From Candidatus Latescibacterota bacterium (lineage in GTDB: Bacteria; Latescibacterota; UBA2968; GCA-2709665), in assembly GCA_965219995.1 (NCBI GenBank), contig CBDCOX010000002.1, positions 864,001 through 928,000 on the forward strand: a stretch of DNA of 64,000 nt. The letters run 5' to 3'. Both the position numbers and the translations under genes were made by a program. Positions 50,695 through 59,387 of the stretch are shown piece after piece. The notes beneath the pieces were generated by a model. That model had not been told where the DNA came from and did no database searches. It was given only the letters and a program-made list of their open reading frames with translations. The stretch's first letter is position 1; each line of letters starts with the position of its first letter.

Positions 50695-51585
50695 ATGCGT
50701 ATATCGGCAACGGGATTGACAAAAGTCTATCCGAAGGGGACTGTACCCGCGCTGAACAACGTCGACCTGGAAATTGGACGGGGAACGTTCGGTCTGCTGG
50801 GCCCGAACGGCGCCGGAAAAACCACGCTGATCAAGGTTCTTTCAACGCAGATGGCGCCAACGGCCGGCCAAGTCAGAATTGGCGCCTGGGACCTGCAGCG
50901 AAACCGTTCCGAAGTGCGGCGGCGGCTGGGCTACCTTCCCCAGCACTTCGGAGCGTATCCGCAACTGACGGCGTGGGAATTTCTGGACTACATGGACCGG
51001 CTGGCAGCCGGGCGACGTCGGATCGGGCGGAGGGCGCGAGTGCGTCGTGCGCTCGAAAACGTGGGGCTTTACGACGCGCGGGACCGACGGACCGGCACTT
51101 TTTCCGGTGGAATGATGCGGCGGCTCGGGATTGCCCAGGCCATTGTCGGCGATCCGGAAATCCTGATTGTGGACGAGCCCACCGTGGGGCTCGATCCGGA
51201 AGAACGCATCCGTTTTCGAGGGATTCTCGCTCGACTGAGCCGGGACAGGACAATCCTGATTTCCACCCATATCGTCGGCGATGTTTCGAGCACCTGCGAC
51301 GACCTGGCGGTGCTGAATGAAGGGCGGATCGTCTACAGGGGGTCGCCCGATGCCCTCGTCGCTCGTGCGGATGACAAGACCTGGCGGGTACGGGCGGACG
51401 ACTCGGAGTTCGAGACGATATCCCGGCGATTTCTGGTTGTGACGGTCGCTGTGGACGGCGGGCGAATGGACCTCCGGTTCGTGGGCGACGGCCACCCGCC
51501 CGCCCACGCCGAACCGGTACCGCCGAACCTCGAAGACGCATACGTGTACTTTATGGGCCGGGAGAGTCAGGAAAGGGCGGCGTAG
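50695..51585 (+). CDS. ABC-2 type exporter ATP-binding protein
   Basis: [32 protein letters not shown]-terminal PNLEDAY. Confidence 0.93.
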   Translation: MRISATGLTKVYPKGTVPALNNVDLEIGRGTFGLLGPNGAGKTTLIKVLSTQMAPTAGQVRIGAWDLQRNRSEVRRRLGYLPQHFGAYPQLTAWEFLDYMDRLAAGRRRIGRRARVRRALENVGLYDARDRRTGTFSGGMMRRLGIAQAIVGDPEILIVDEPTVGLDPEERIRFRGILARLSRDRTILISTHIVGDVSSTCDDLAVLNEGRIVYRGSPDALVARADDKTWRVRADDSEFETISRRFLVVTVAVDGGRMDLRFVGDGHPPAHAEPVPPNLEDAYVYFMGRESQERAA

Positions 51586-51588
51586 GCC

Positions 51589-54500
51589 ATGGAGACGGTT
51601 TATACCGTATTGTCGGTCGCCAGATACGAGCGCAAGATGCTGATGCGGACGATCCGATTCCGTATCCTGGGTGGAATCGGCGTGCTCATTCCCGTTGCTC
51701 TGGGCGTCGGCCTGGCGATCGCGGAATCCAGGGGCATCGCATTCGAGTCTGTCAGCGGCATCGGCGCCTATATGCCCTTTTTTGTCTACAGTCTGCTGCA
51801 GACCGTCGTGATCGCGTTTATCGTCGGTGATTTCCGCGCCTCGGACGAGCGCGCCGGAATCTACGAAGTGGTTGCCGCCCGGCCGCTTTCTACAGCCGAA
51901 CTGGTCATGGGCAAATACCTCGGGGTCCTGGGTGCGCTGATTACGCTGAGCCTTGTCGTGCTGGTGCTCAGCCTGGCGGTGCAGGCGGCCAAGATCAGCG
52001 TTACCGGCGCGCCGTTTGCGATCCGACCCTATCTGACGTACCTGCTGCTGCTGAACCTCCCCGGGCTGGTCTATATGTCCGCTCTTACGTTTTTCCTCGG
52101 GGCGGTATTTCGCCGGCAGGCTGCGGTGACCGTGCTGACCATCGCTTACGTCCTGATCGTCCTGCTGTTTCTTGGAAGTCGATACGGCGGCATCTACGAT
52201 TTCGGCGCATTCTTCGCCCCGGTGTTCTACTCGGATATGCTCGGCCTTGGCGATATCCGGAAGGTGGTGGAGATCCGGGTCTTCTACACGTTTCTCGCCC
52301 TGTTTTTCTTCGGTTTGTCTATCGACCGGTATCCACGGCTTCCGCAGTCCCGGGCCTGGCGCAGGTTCGGTCGATGCCTGACCGCCGGCGGTCTCGTCGC
52401 CGCGGTGTGCCTGTACGCGTATATGGTAGGGCGGGACTCGTCAGACCTCGACTACCGGATGGCGCAGCTGGAAGTTCAGGAAGGAATCGCCGGGCAGCCA
52501 ACGTCGGCTGTTACGCATTACGCGCTCGACCTGGACCTCGCGAATGACCGTACGCCGCTGCAGGGCAGGGCGGTTCTCAGCGTTTCGAACCCTCATCCCG
52601 TAACGCTCGACACGCTCGTTTTCAGTCTCAACCCCGGACTGGAATTGCGTTCGGTGAATGCAGTTGAGGAAAAGGGCGCTGAAATCAGTTGGCAGCGCGA
52701 GTATTCTGTCGTGAGAATCGCCCGTCCGCTCCAGCCCGACAGTCTGGCGACGTTGGAGTTCGTATACGACGGCTCGATCGACCTCAGCGGATTCGATCTG
52801 AGGCGTCAACCGGAAGCAAGACGTTTGCAGAAGCGGCGAACGGGGCCGGGACGGAAGGGGGACCTGACCGCCTGGATCCGCCGGAATTCCGTATTCCTGC
52901 CGCCACGCAGCAGGTGGTACCCCTCGCCGGGCGTGGACTACGGTCATCAGGAAGGCCGACCCCAATCCTTCGCCACCGCAGATCTGGATATTGCGCTTCC
53001 CGAAGGACTGGAAGTCGTGACCCAGGGTGTGCCGGTGGGCCGGAAGAAAGAGGGCGGCCGCGAGGTTCATACATGGAAAGTGGAACGCCCCGTACCCGTT
53101 CTCTCGCTCAACGCGGGCGTGTACCATGTTTTTCAGGCCGAAGTCCACAATATCCAATGCGCCATATACGTGCATCCGGCCCACGCCAGGCAGGTTACCT
53201 TCTTCCACGACGCCAGGGACGACGCATTGAATACGCTGGGCGAGATCCTGGATAGCGTTGAACAGGAAACCGGCCTGCCCTATCCGTACCAGCGCCTGTC
53301 GGTTGTGGAGGTGCCATTCCAGGTACAGTGGTATTACGACGGATGGGAGGAAGCCGGCGGATTGGTGCAGCCCGGCGTGCTGATGCTTGAAGAGGACGTC
53401 CTGATGCGGCTGAATCTGCAACGTCGTCTGAAGTGGATGCAGCGGCGACAGCGACGTAACGACGACCCGGGCAGAATCAAGCGGGACCTGCTGGTCAGGA
53501 CGGTGCTGAACACGTTCCTCGCGCGGGAATCGACTCAGAGCGGCATCTACAGGAGTCCGGTTGCGCAACTCTGGTCGTTCAACCGGGGATTCGAAGGCGA
53601 ACACTATTCCCTGCTCAAACGCGGCATGCCAGTCTATATGCAGCAGAATCTCGGGACCACACTGCAACAGAGCTTCTACTCGAGGCGAGGACGATTTCGA
53701 GGCCGGTTCCGGCGGAACAGGGGGGCGCGCGGCGTTTCCTGGGATACCGTAACGGCCAGGATGCGGCAGCGTTCTTTCGCGGAACTTGACCCGACTGCCG
53801 ACGCGGAACTCTACCGGGCGGTCGTCGACGCCAAGGGCGCCTCCATGTTCGGGATGATGCAGGCCGTGGTGGGTGAAGACGCATTCAGAGACGTGGTCAG
53901 CGGATTCGAGGAGGCGAGCCGGCACGCGGGCGTCGACTTTGCGTCGTTTGAGCGCGCGGCTGTTGGCGATTCGTCGAAGCAGGCGGATCGGCCCGGCCTG
54001 AATCGACTCGTCCGGGACTGGCTTCACGGCACCCAGGTCCCGGGCTACACCCTGACAAGGGCAAAAGCATATAAGGTGGACGACGGATGGGGCATGATGA
54101 CGTATCAGGTCATCGTGCGTATCCGGAACGGCGAGCCGGGGCGCGGATTTGTCCAGATTCGAGCCATGGGAACCGAAGACGAGGCGGTAAAGGGCGTTGA
54201 GATCGAGGGCGGGCAGGAAGTTGAGGTGGGGCTGATCCTCTGGGAACGGCCTTCGAGGATAAGCGTCGAGCCGTTCTTTGCCCGCAACCGCCGGGTCCTG
54301 ATGGCGCCGTTGCGCATACCCGAGCAGCCGATGGATGGATCCGCCACGACCTATGTGAGGGAGGTCGCTCCGGACGAGACCGGATTGACCGAGATAATTG
54401 TGGACAACGATGACGAAGGCTTCGAAATGCCAGTCCGCCGGGTGCGGCGTTATCTCCGGCCGCAGTTGAAAGGCGACAACTGGCAGGAACGCCAGATGCC

Positions 54501-54951
54501 ATTCTCGTTCGGCAGGTACGAAAACAACTACAGGTGGAAGAAACCGGGCGATGGCGCGCAGCCGGCCGTCTGGACGGCCCGATTGCCGCATGGCGGGGAT
54601 TACGACGTCTACTATTATTTCCTTCATCCCAGGTTCTCAAGGCGCATGCGTATGGCGTCGGAATTCAGTCTGGCCGTCAGTTACGGCGGCGAGGTGGATA
54701 CGCTGGCGGTCGAATCGAACAACCTGAAGGCCGGCTGGAACGTCCTGGGACGATACCGGTTCGAGGGCGGAGAACTGGCCCGGGTCGAGCTGTCCGACCG
54801 CGCCAACGGCCGCCTCTACGCCGACGCGGTGCGCTGGCGATACGTGGATCCCGACCATCCGGAAGAGGTGTACGAAGAGGATCTGCCGTCCTGGAATTTC
54901 GGTCGCGGCGGCGGCCGGGGCGGCGGATCGTCGCGTGGGAGAAGCTGGTAA
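51589..54951 (+). CDS. ABC-2 permease fused to an M1-peptidase-like domain lacking HEXXH and a golvesin/Xly-CBD-like C-terminal domain
   Basis: About 7 TM segments with RPLS..ELVMGK; FSLNPGL, WYP, YPYQRLSVVEVP; C-terminal IIVDNDD...GDYDVY...GWNVLGRYRF...ADAVRW. Confidence 0.75.
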   Translation: METVYTVLSVARYERKMLMRTIRFRILGGIGVLIPVALGVGLAIAESRGIAFESVSGIGAYMPFFVYSLLQTVVIAFIVGDFRASDERAGIYEVVAARPLSTAELVMGKYLGVLGALITLSLVVLVLSLAVQAAKISVTGAPFAIRPYLTYLLLLNLPGLVYMSALTFFLGAVFRRQAAVTVLTIAYVLIVLLFLGSRYGGIYDFGAFFAPVFYSDMLGLGDIRKVVEIRVFYTFLALFFFGLSIDRYPRLPQSRAWRRFGRCLTAGGLVAAVCLYAYMVGRDSSDLDYRMAQLEVQEGIAGQPTSAVTHYALDLDLANDRTPLQGRAVLSVSNPHPVTLDTLVFSLNPGLELRSVNAVEEKGAEISWQREYSVVRIARPLQPDSLATLEFVYDGSIDLSGFDLRRQPEARRLQKRRTGPGRKGDLTAWIRRNSVFLPPRSRWYPSPGVDYGHQEGRPQSFATADLDIALPEGLEVVTQGVPVGRKKEGGREVHTWKVERPVPVLSLNAGVYHVFQAEVHNIQCAIYVHPAHARQVTFFHDARDDALNTLGEILDSVEQETGLPYPYQRLSVVEVPFQVQWYYDGWEEAGGLVQPGVLMLEEDVLMRLNLQRRLKWMQRRQRRNDDPGRIKRDLLVRTVLNTFLARESTQSGIYRSPVAQLWSFNRGFEGEHYSLLKRGMPVYMQQNLGTTLQQSFYSRRGRFRGRFRRNRGARGVSWDTVTARMRQRSFAELDPTADAELYRAVVDAKGASMFGMMQAVVGEDAFRDVVSGFEEASRHAGVDFASFERAAVGDSSKQADRPGLNRLVRDWLHGTQVPGYTLTRAKAYKVDDGWGMMTYQVIVRIRNGEPGRGFVQIRAMGTEDEAVKGVEIEGGQEVEVGLILWERPSRISVEPFFARNRRVLMAPLRIPEQPMDGSATTYVREVAPDETGLTEIIVDNDDEGFEMPVRRVRRYLRPQLKGDNWQERQMPFSFGRYENNYRWKKPGDGAQPAVWTARLPHGGDYDVYYYFLHPRFSRRMRMASEFSLAVSYGGEVDTLAVESNNLKAGWNVLGRYRFEGGELARVELSDRANGRLYADAVRWRYVDPDHPEEVYEEDLPSWNFGRGGGRGGGSSRGRSW

Positions 54952-54995
54952 ACCATCGGACAACGTCAGGCGATAACCCTTTTGCGAGGTGCAAT

Positions 54996-56072
54996 TTGAA
55001 CAGGCGATTCCTGAACGATTCCTGCATTGCATTCACGGCTGTTGTCGTTATGGCCGGCTGCGGCGGGCAAACCGAGCAGCGGTCCGTGGACCTGACCGTC
55101 CCCGTCACCGTCCAGGCCGTTCGCCTGGACACCATGGAGGCGACGGTGGCGGCCACCGGTACGCTCCGGCCCTCCCGGGAGGCCCGTATACAGACCGAGG
55201 TCGAGGGTATACTTCAATATGTCGCGCGGGGCGTCGGCGGACGACCGAACGAAGGAATGCGGGTCACCCGGAACCAGGAGATTGCCCGGCTTGTGAACAA
55301 GGAGCTGGTCGTGAACGCGCGCCTGGAATCCCGGCAACTCGCGCGCGCCACCGCGAAACGAACGCTGCGCGAGCAGGAGGTACTCGTTGAACGAAGACTG
55401 GGCACGGAGAGAGACCTGGACGAAGCCCGCCGCGCCCTCGCCGAGGCCGAATCCAATTACGAAGACGCGCTCGTTCAAATCGCCAAGACGACGATCCGGA
55501 CGCCAATCAGCGGTTTTCTGACGGGTTTGGCCGACATTACCGAGGGTACGCTGGTGGAAGCCCGAACGACCATCGCTACCGTGATGGATTACAGGCAGGT
55601 GCTCGTCGATCTGAAGATTCCGAACGCCTATATCGCATCCGTTTCACCCGGCCAGGTCGTGCGAGTGGAAAACTATGCATTGCCCGGAAGGCGGTTTCTG
55701 GGAACCATCAAGGTGGTTGATCCGGCCATCGATCCGACCACGCGTACCTTCCGGGTCGTTGGGGTCGTGAAGAATCCGAACCTGATGTTGCGACCGGGCA
55801 TGTTTGTGAAAGCCGAGATTGTCACGGAGTCACACGAAGACGCGGTGGTGATCCCTCGCCGCTTTGTCCTGACCCGCCAGAATCGCAAAGTGGTGTTCGT
55901 GGAAGAGGAGGGGAGGGCGCAGATGCGCGACGTGGAACTGGGGCTGGAGGGCCCAGAACAGGTCGAGATTCTGGAAGGGCTTGAAGCGGGCGAGCGCCTC
56001 ATTACCAGCAATTACGAGACGCTGCGCCCCCGTACCCGCGTGCGTGTTACCGGCGTGGGCTTGCAGCAATAA
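54996..56072 (+). CDS. RND periplasmic adaptor (membrane fusion protein), lipoprotein
   Basis: GAGGT RBS plus TTG start, MAGC lipobox, IRTPISG, DPTTRTF, LRPGMF, GLEAGE. Confidence 0.88.
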   Translation: MNRRFLNDSCIAFTAVVVMAGCGGQTEQRSVDLTVPVTVQAVRLDTMEATVAATGTLRPSREARIQTEVEGILQYVARGVGGRPNEGMRVTRNQEIARLVNKELVVNARLESRQLARATAKRTLREQEVLVERRLGTERDLDEARRALAEAESNYEDALVQIAKTTIRTPISGFLTGLADITEGTLVEARTTIATVMDYRQVLVDLKIPNAYIASVSPGQVVRVENYALPGRRFLGTIKVVDPAIDPTTRTFRVVGVVKNPNLMLRPGMFVKAEIVTESHEDAVVIPRRFVLTRQNRKVVFVEEEGRAQMRDVELGLEGPEQVEILEGLEAGERLITSNYETLRPRTRVRVTGVGLQQ

Positions 56073-56179
56073 ATGCGAAGACCGTGCGACTGTCGCCGCG
56101 AGCGCCCGTCGCAATTCCCTGGAAACTGTTCGCCGCAGGCGAAACATCATCCGAATTGATCTGGTGAGTTGTCGTTTGG

Positions 56180-56229
56180 ACCCCTCTGGGGCCCAGGGAC
56201 TGCGTGTGGGCCTTCCGGAGGGTTTTTTT
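56180..56229 (+). terminator. Terminator-like hairpin inside the transporter cluster
   Basis: ACCCCTCTGGGGCCCA...TGGGCCTTCCGGAGGG-T7. Confidence 0.55.
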
Positions 56230-56303
56230 GATCTTGATCCGTCACTTCTCGGGGACGTCAATTCGAGTATGTGCAAGCGGATCTCATTCAAAGGGCCGAT
56301 ACA

Positions 56304-59300
56304 ATGCCATTGCCCGAATTTTCGACGAAATACCCGGTAACGGTTGCCATGGCAACGCTGGCCGTCGCGCTCCTGGGCTGGATTTCGCTGGAGCGGCTGG
56401 AAGTGGACCTGTTGCCCGACCTGCGTTCTCCCGTGGTTACCGTGGACCTGCGATTTCCGGGCAAAACCCCCATGGAGATGGAGGAACGATATGCGCGTCG
56501 GCTGGAAGGGGATATCGGCACGGTACGCCACGTCAAACGCGTACATTCCGTGTCCCGTTCCGGGCAGGCCGTGGTGATCGCGGAATTCGAATGGGATGCG
56601 GACATGGATTTCGCCCTGCTCGACGTGCAGAAGAAGGTGGCGCGGTACGCTTCGGATCCCGATATCACGAGTCTGGACGTCACACAGGAAGACCCCCAGG
56701 CGTTGCCGGTGATGCGCCTGGCCGTCTCCGGAGCGGACTGGCAGGATCCGGATGAATTGCTGGGCAACGCGGAAACCGTCATCCGGCCCAAACTCGAGGG
56801 GTTGTCCGGGGTGGCTTCGGTGGAAATCGAGGGAGGCGCCGAGAAAGAAATCCGGATCACACTGGATTCCTATCTCCTTCAAGCATTCGGCGTCAACTCG
56901 GAGACGGTCGTCTCACGGATACGCGAGGCCAATTCGGACGTCTCCGGCGGAACGTTGAAAGACGGACAACGTTCCTATCTGGTAAAAGGCCTGGGACGTC
57001 TGACCGACTTGACAGACGTGAACAACCTGGTTGTGGGTGAGCGCGGGGGCGAATCTGCGACTGGCGAGAACGACGCCTCGACCCAGCGCGTGCCTGTCAC
57101 GGTGAGCGACGTGGGTACCGTCGGCCTGCTTTATAAGGAGAGGGAAACCATCGTGCGCCTCGACGGCTTCGAGTGCGTCGGACTCTCCGTTTACAAGGAA
57201 GCCGGCGCGAATACCTCGTCGGTGGTCAAGGGGGTTCTCCGGGAACTGGAAAGCCTCGAGGCCGATCTGACCGGCATCCGGTTTACGGTGGTGGAGAACC
57301 AGGCCCGTTTCGTCGAACGCGCGGTGAGTGAAGTGGAAGAGGCGGCCGTTCTTGGCGCGCTGCTTGCGGTGGGCGTGCTTCTGGCCGCGCTCCGGCAGTG
57401 GACCGCCACGCTGGTGATCGGACTTGCCATTCCGATTTCCGTTCTGGCCACGTTCACGCTGATGTATTTCCAGGGGCTGACGCTGAACATCATGACCCTC
57501 GGCGGCCTGGCGCTGGGCGCCGGCATGCTGGTGGACAACGCCATTGTCGTGATTGAGAACATCTACCGGCACCTCGAGAGGGGAGAAACGGCCGCAGAAG
57601 CCTCCGTCAGGGGCGCGAGTGAGGTCGGGGTCGCGATTCTGGCGTCCACGCTGACCACGGTGTCCGTATTTCTGCCCATTGTCTACCTTCACGGGTTGGC
57701 CGGTGAACTCTTCAGGGAACAGGCCTGGACGGTTGCGTTCTCACTGGTTTCGTCTCTCGCGGTGGCGATGACCGTGGTACCCATGCTGACCGCCCGGCTT
57801 TTCAGGCGGTATCCTCGACGATCCGCAGGGATCGCGGGAGCACGGTCCTTCAGGCGCTTTCTGGGCCGGTCGCTCAACCATAAGGGCCGCACGATGGCGG
57901 TGCTCGCGGCCTGCCTTCTGGCTGCCTTCCATATGGCCCGGTCCATCCATACTTCTTTTATTCCCACGGAAGACGAGGGTGTCCTTCACGTGGACCTCGC
58001 GCTGCCGGAGGGCACAAGACTTGAGTCGACAGACAGGGTGGCGAGGCGCGTTGCCGCCATTACGCAGGCGGTTGCCAGAGAGGAAGCGCGGCACATCTAC
58101 CTGCGCGTGGGAACCGATCCGAACCGGTTTACCGCCGTGGGAGAACCTACGGGCCCGAACAGAGCCGAGCTGACGGTCGTGCTGAGCCGACAGGCGGACC
58201 GTCGCGGCGTCTCCGAACTCACCACGGTTCTGGATGCAGCCCTCCTGGAAGTCCCGGACGTTAAGGTTAATTATCGGCTTCAAAAGGCTGCATTGGAAGG
58301 ACTTATACGAGGTGCAACGGCGCCGGTCCAGGTCGAGGTCAGCGGCGAGAACCTGGAACTGCTTCAGGAACTGACCGCAGATCTGAAACGGCGCATGGAC
58401 GCGTTGTCCACGGTATACAACGTGCGGAGCAGCTTCCAGGACGGTCAGCCCGAGGTGGACGTTGTGCTGCGGCCCGACATCACAGCGGCGTTCGGGCTGA
58501 CCTCGCAGAATCTCGTGCGAGAGCTGGAGCGCAGGCTCGGCGGCGAGGAAGCCGGAGAACTCTCCAAGGACCAGCGGGCGCGAACGATCCGGGTGGGTTT
58601 CGAGGACGTGGACCTTCGGGAGCTGCAACACGCGAGAATCGACGGTCCCGACGGGGCGATGCTCACGCTGGGAGATCTCGCCGACCTTCGGGTCGTACAG
58701 GGCCCCAGGGAAATCCTGCGGGACGGGCAGCGCAGGGTGGGGCGGGTGTCCGCGTTCCTCACCGACGGGGTGGTCTTGAGCCAGGCGGCAACGCAGATCA
58801 GGCAGGCGGTGAGACAGATGGCCATCCCGCACGGATACCAGGTGACCATAACCGGCGAGGAACGGGAGCGGGCCGAATCATTCGGCGGCCTGCAATTCGC
58901 CCTTCTGCTTTCGGTGGTGCTCGTCTATATGGTCATGGCTTCGCTCTTCGAGTCTCTGCTCCATCCGTTTACCGTCATGCTGACGGTGCCGCTGGCGGGC
59001 ATTGGCGTGGTGGTCGCATTCTGGAGCCTGGGAGAAGCGTTCGGCGTGATGGCGTTCATCGGCGCGATCATGCTGGGAGGTATCGCCGTCAACGACGCCA
59101 TCATTCTGGTGGACCACATCAACCAGTTGCGGCGCGAGACGGACGACGTGCGACAGGCCGTACTCCAGGCCGCGCAGGATCGGCTGCGTCCAATCCTGAT
59201 GACCAGCGCCACGACCATTCTGGCGCTGTTGCCGATGGCGGTGGGCGTCGGCGAGGGAGCGCGCCTCCGGGCCCCGATGGCGGTGGCCGTTATCGGCGGT

Positions 59301-59387
59301 CTGGTCACATCCACATTGATGACCCTTGTGGTGATTCCCGTCGTTTACGAACTGATCGAAGGGCTCAGAAGGAGGAGGGCGGCGTGA
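56304..59387 (+). CDS. RND efflux permease (AcrB/AcrD/AcrF family)
   Basis: YPV..LPDL, AIPIS, GMLVDNAIVVIENI, ASTLTT, FES, GIAVNDAI, RLRPILMT. Confidence 0.93.
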   Translation: MPLPEFSTKYPVTVAMATLAVALLGWISLERLEVDLLPDLRSPVVTVDLRFPGKTPMEMEERYARRLEGDIGTVRHVKRVHSVSRSGQAVVIAEFEWDADMDFALLDVQKKVARYASDPDITSLDVTQEDPQALPVMRLAVSGADWQDPDELLGNAETVIRPKLEGLSGVASVEIEGGAEKEIRITLDSYLLQAFGVNSETVVSRIREANSDVSGGTLKDGQRSYLVKGLGRLTDLTDVNNLVVGERGGESATGENDASTQRVPVTVSDVGTVGLLYKERETIVRLDGFECVGLSVYKEAGANTSSVVKGVLRELESLEADLTGIRFTVVENQARFVERAVSEVEEAAVLGALLAVGVLLAALRQWTATLVIGLAIPISVLATFTLMYFQGLTLNIMTLGGLALGAGMLVDNAIVVIENIYRHLERGETAAEASVRGASEVGVAILASTLTTVSVFLPIVYLHGLAGELFREQAWTVAFSLVSSLAVAMTVVPMLTARLFRRYPRRSAGIAGARSFRRFLGRSLNHKGRTMAVLAACLLAAFHMARSIHTSFIPTEDEGVLHVDLALPEGTRLESTDRVARRVAAITQAVAREEARHIYLRVGTDPNRFTAVGEPTGPNRAELTVVLSRQADRRGVSELTTVLDAALLEVPDVKVNYRLQKAALEGLIRGATAPVQVEVSGENLELLQELTADLKRRMDALSTVYNVRSSFQDGQPEVDVVLRPDITAAFGLTSQNLVRELERRLGGEEAGELSKDQRARTIRVGFEDVDLRELQHARIDGPDGAMLTLGDLADLRVVQGPREILRDGQRRVGRVSAFLTDGVVLSQAATQIRQAVRQMAIPHGYQVTITGEERERAESFGGLQFALLLSVVLVYMVMASLFESLLHPFTVMLTVPLAGIGVVVAFWSLGEAFGVMAFIGAIMLGGIAVNDAIILVDHINQLRRETDDVRQAVLQAAQDRLRPILMTSATTILALLPMAVGVGEGARLRAPMAVAVIGGLVTSTLMTLVVIPVVYELIEGLRRRRAA

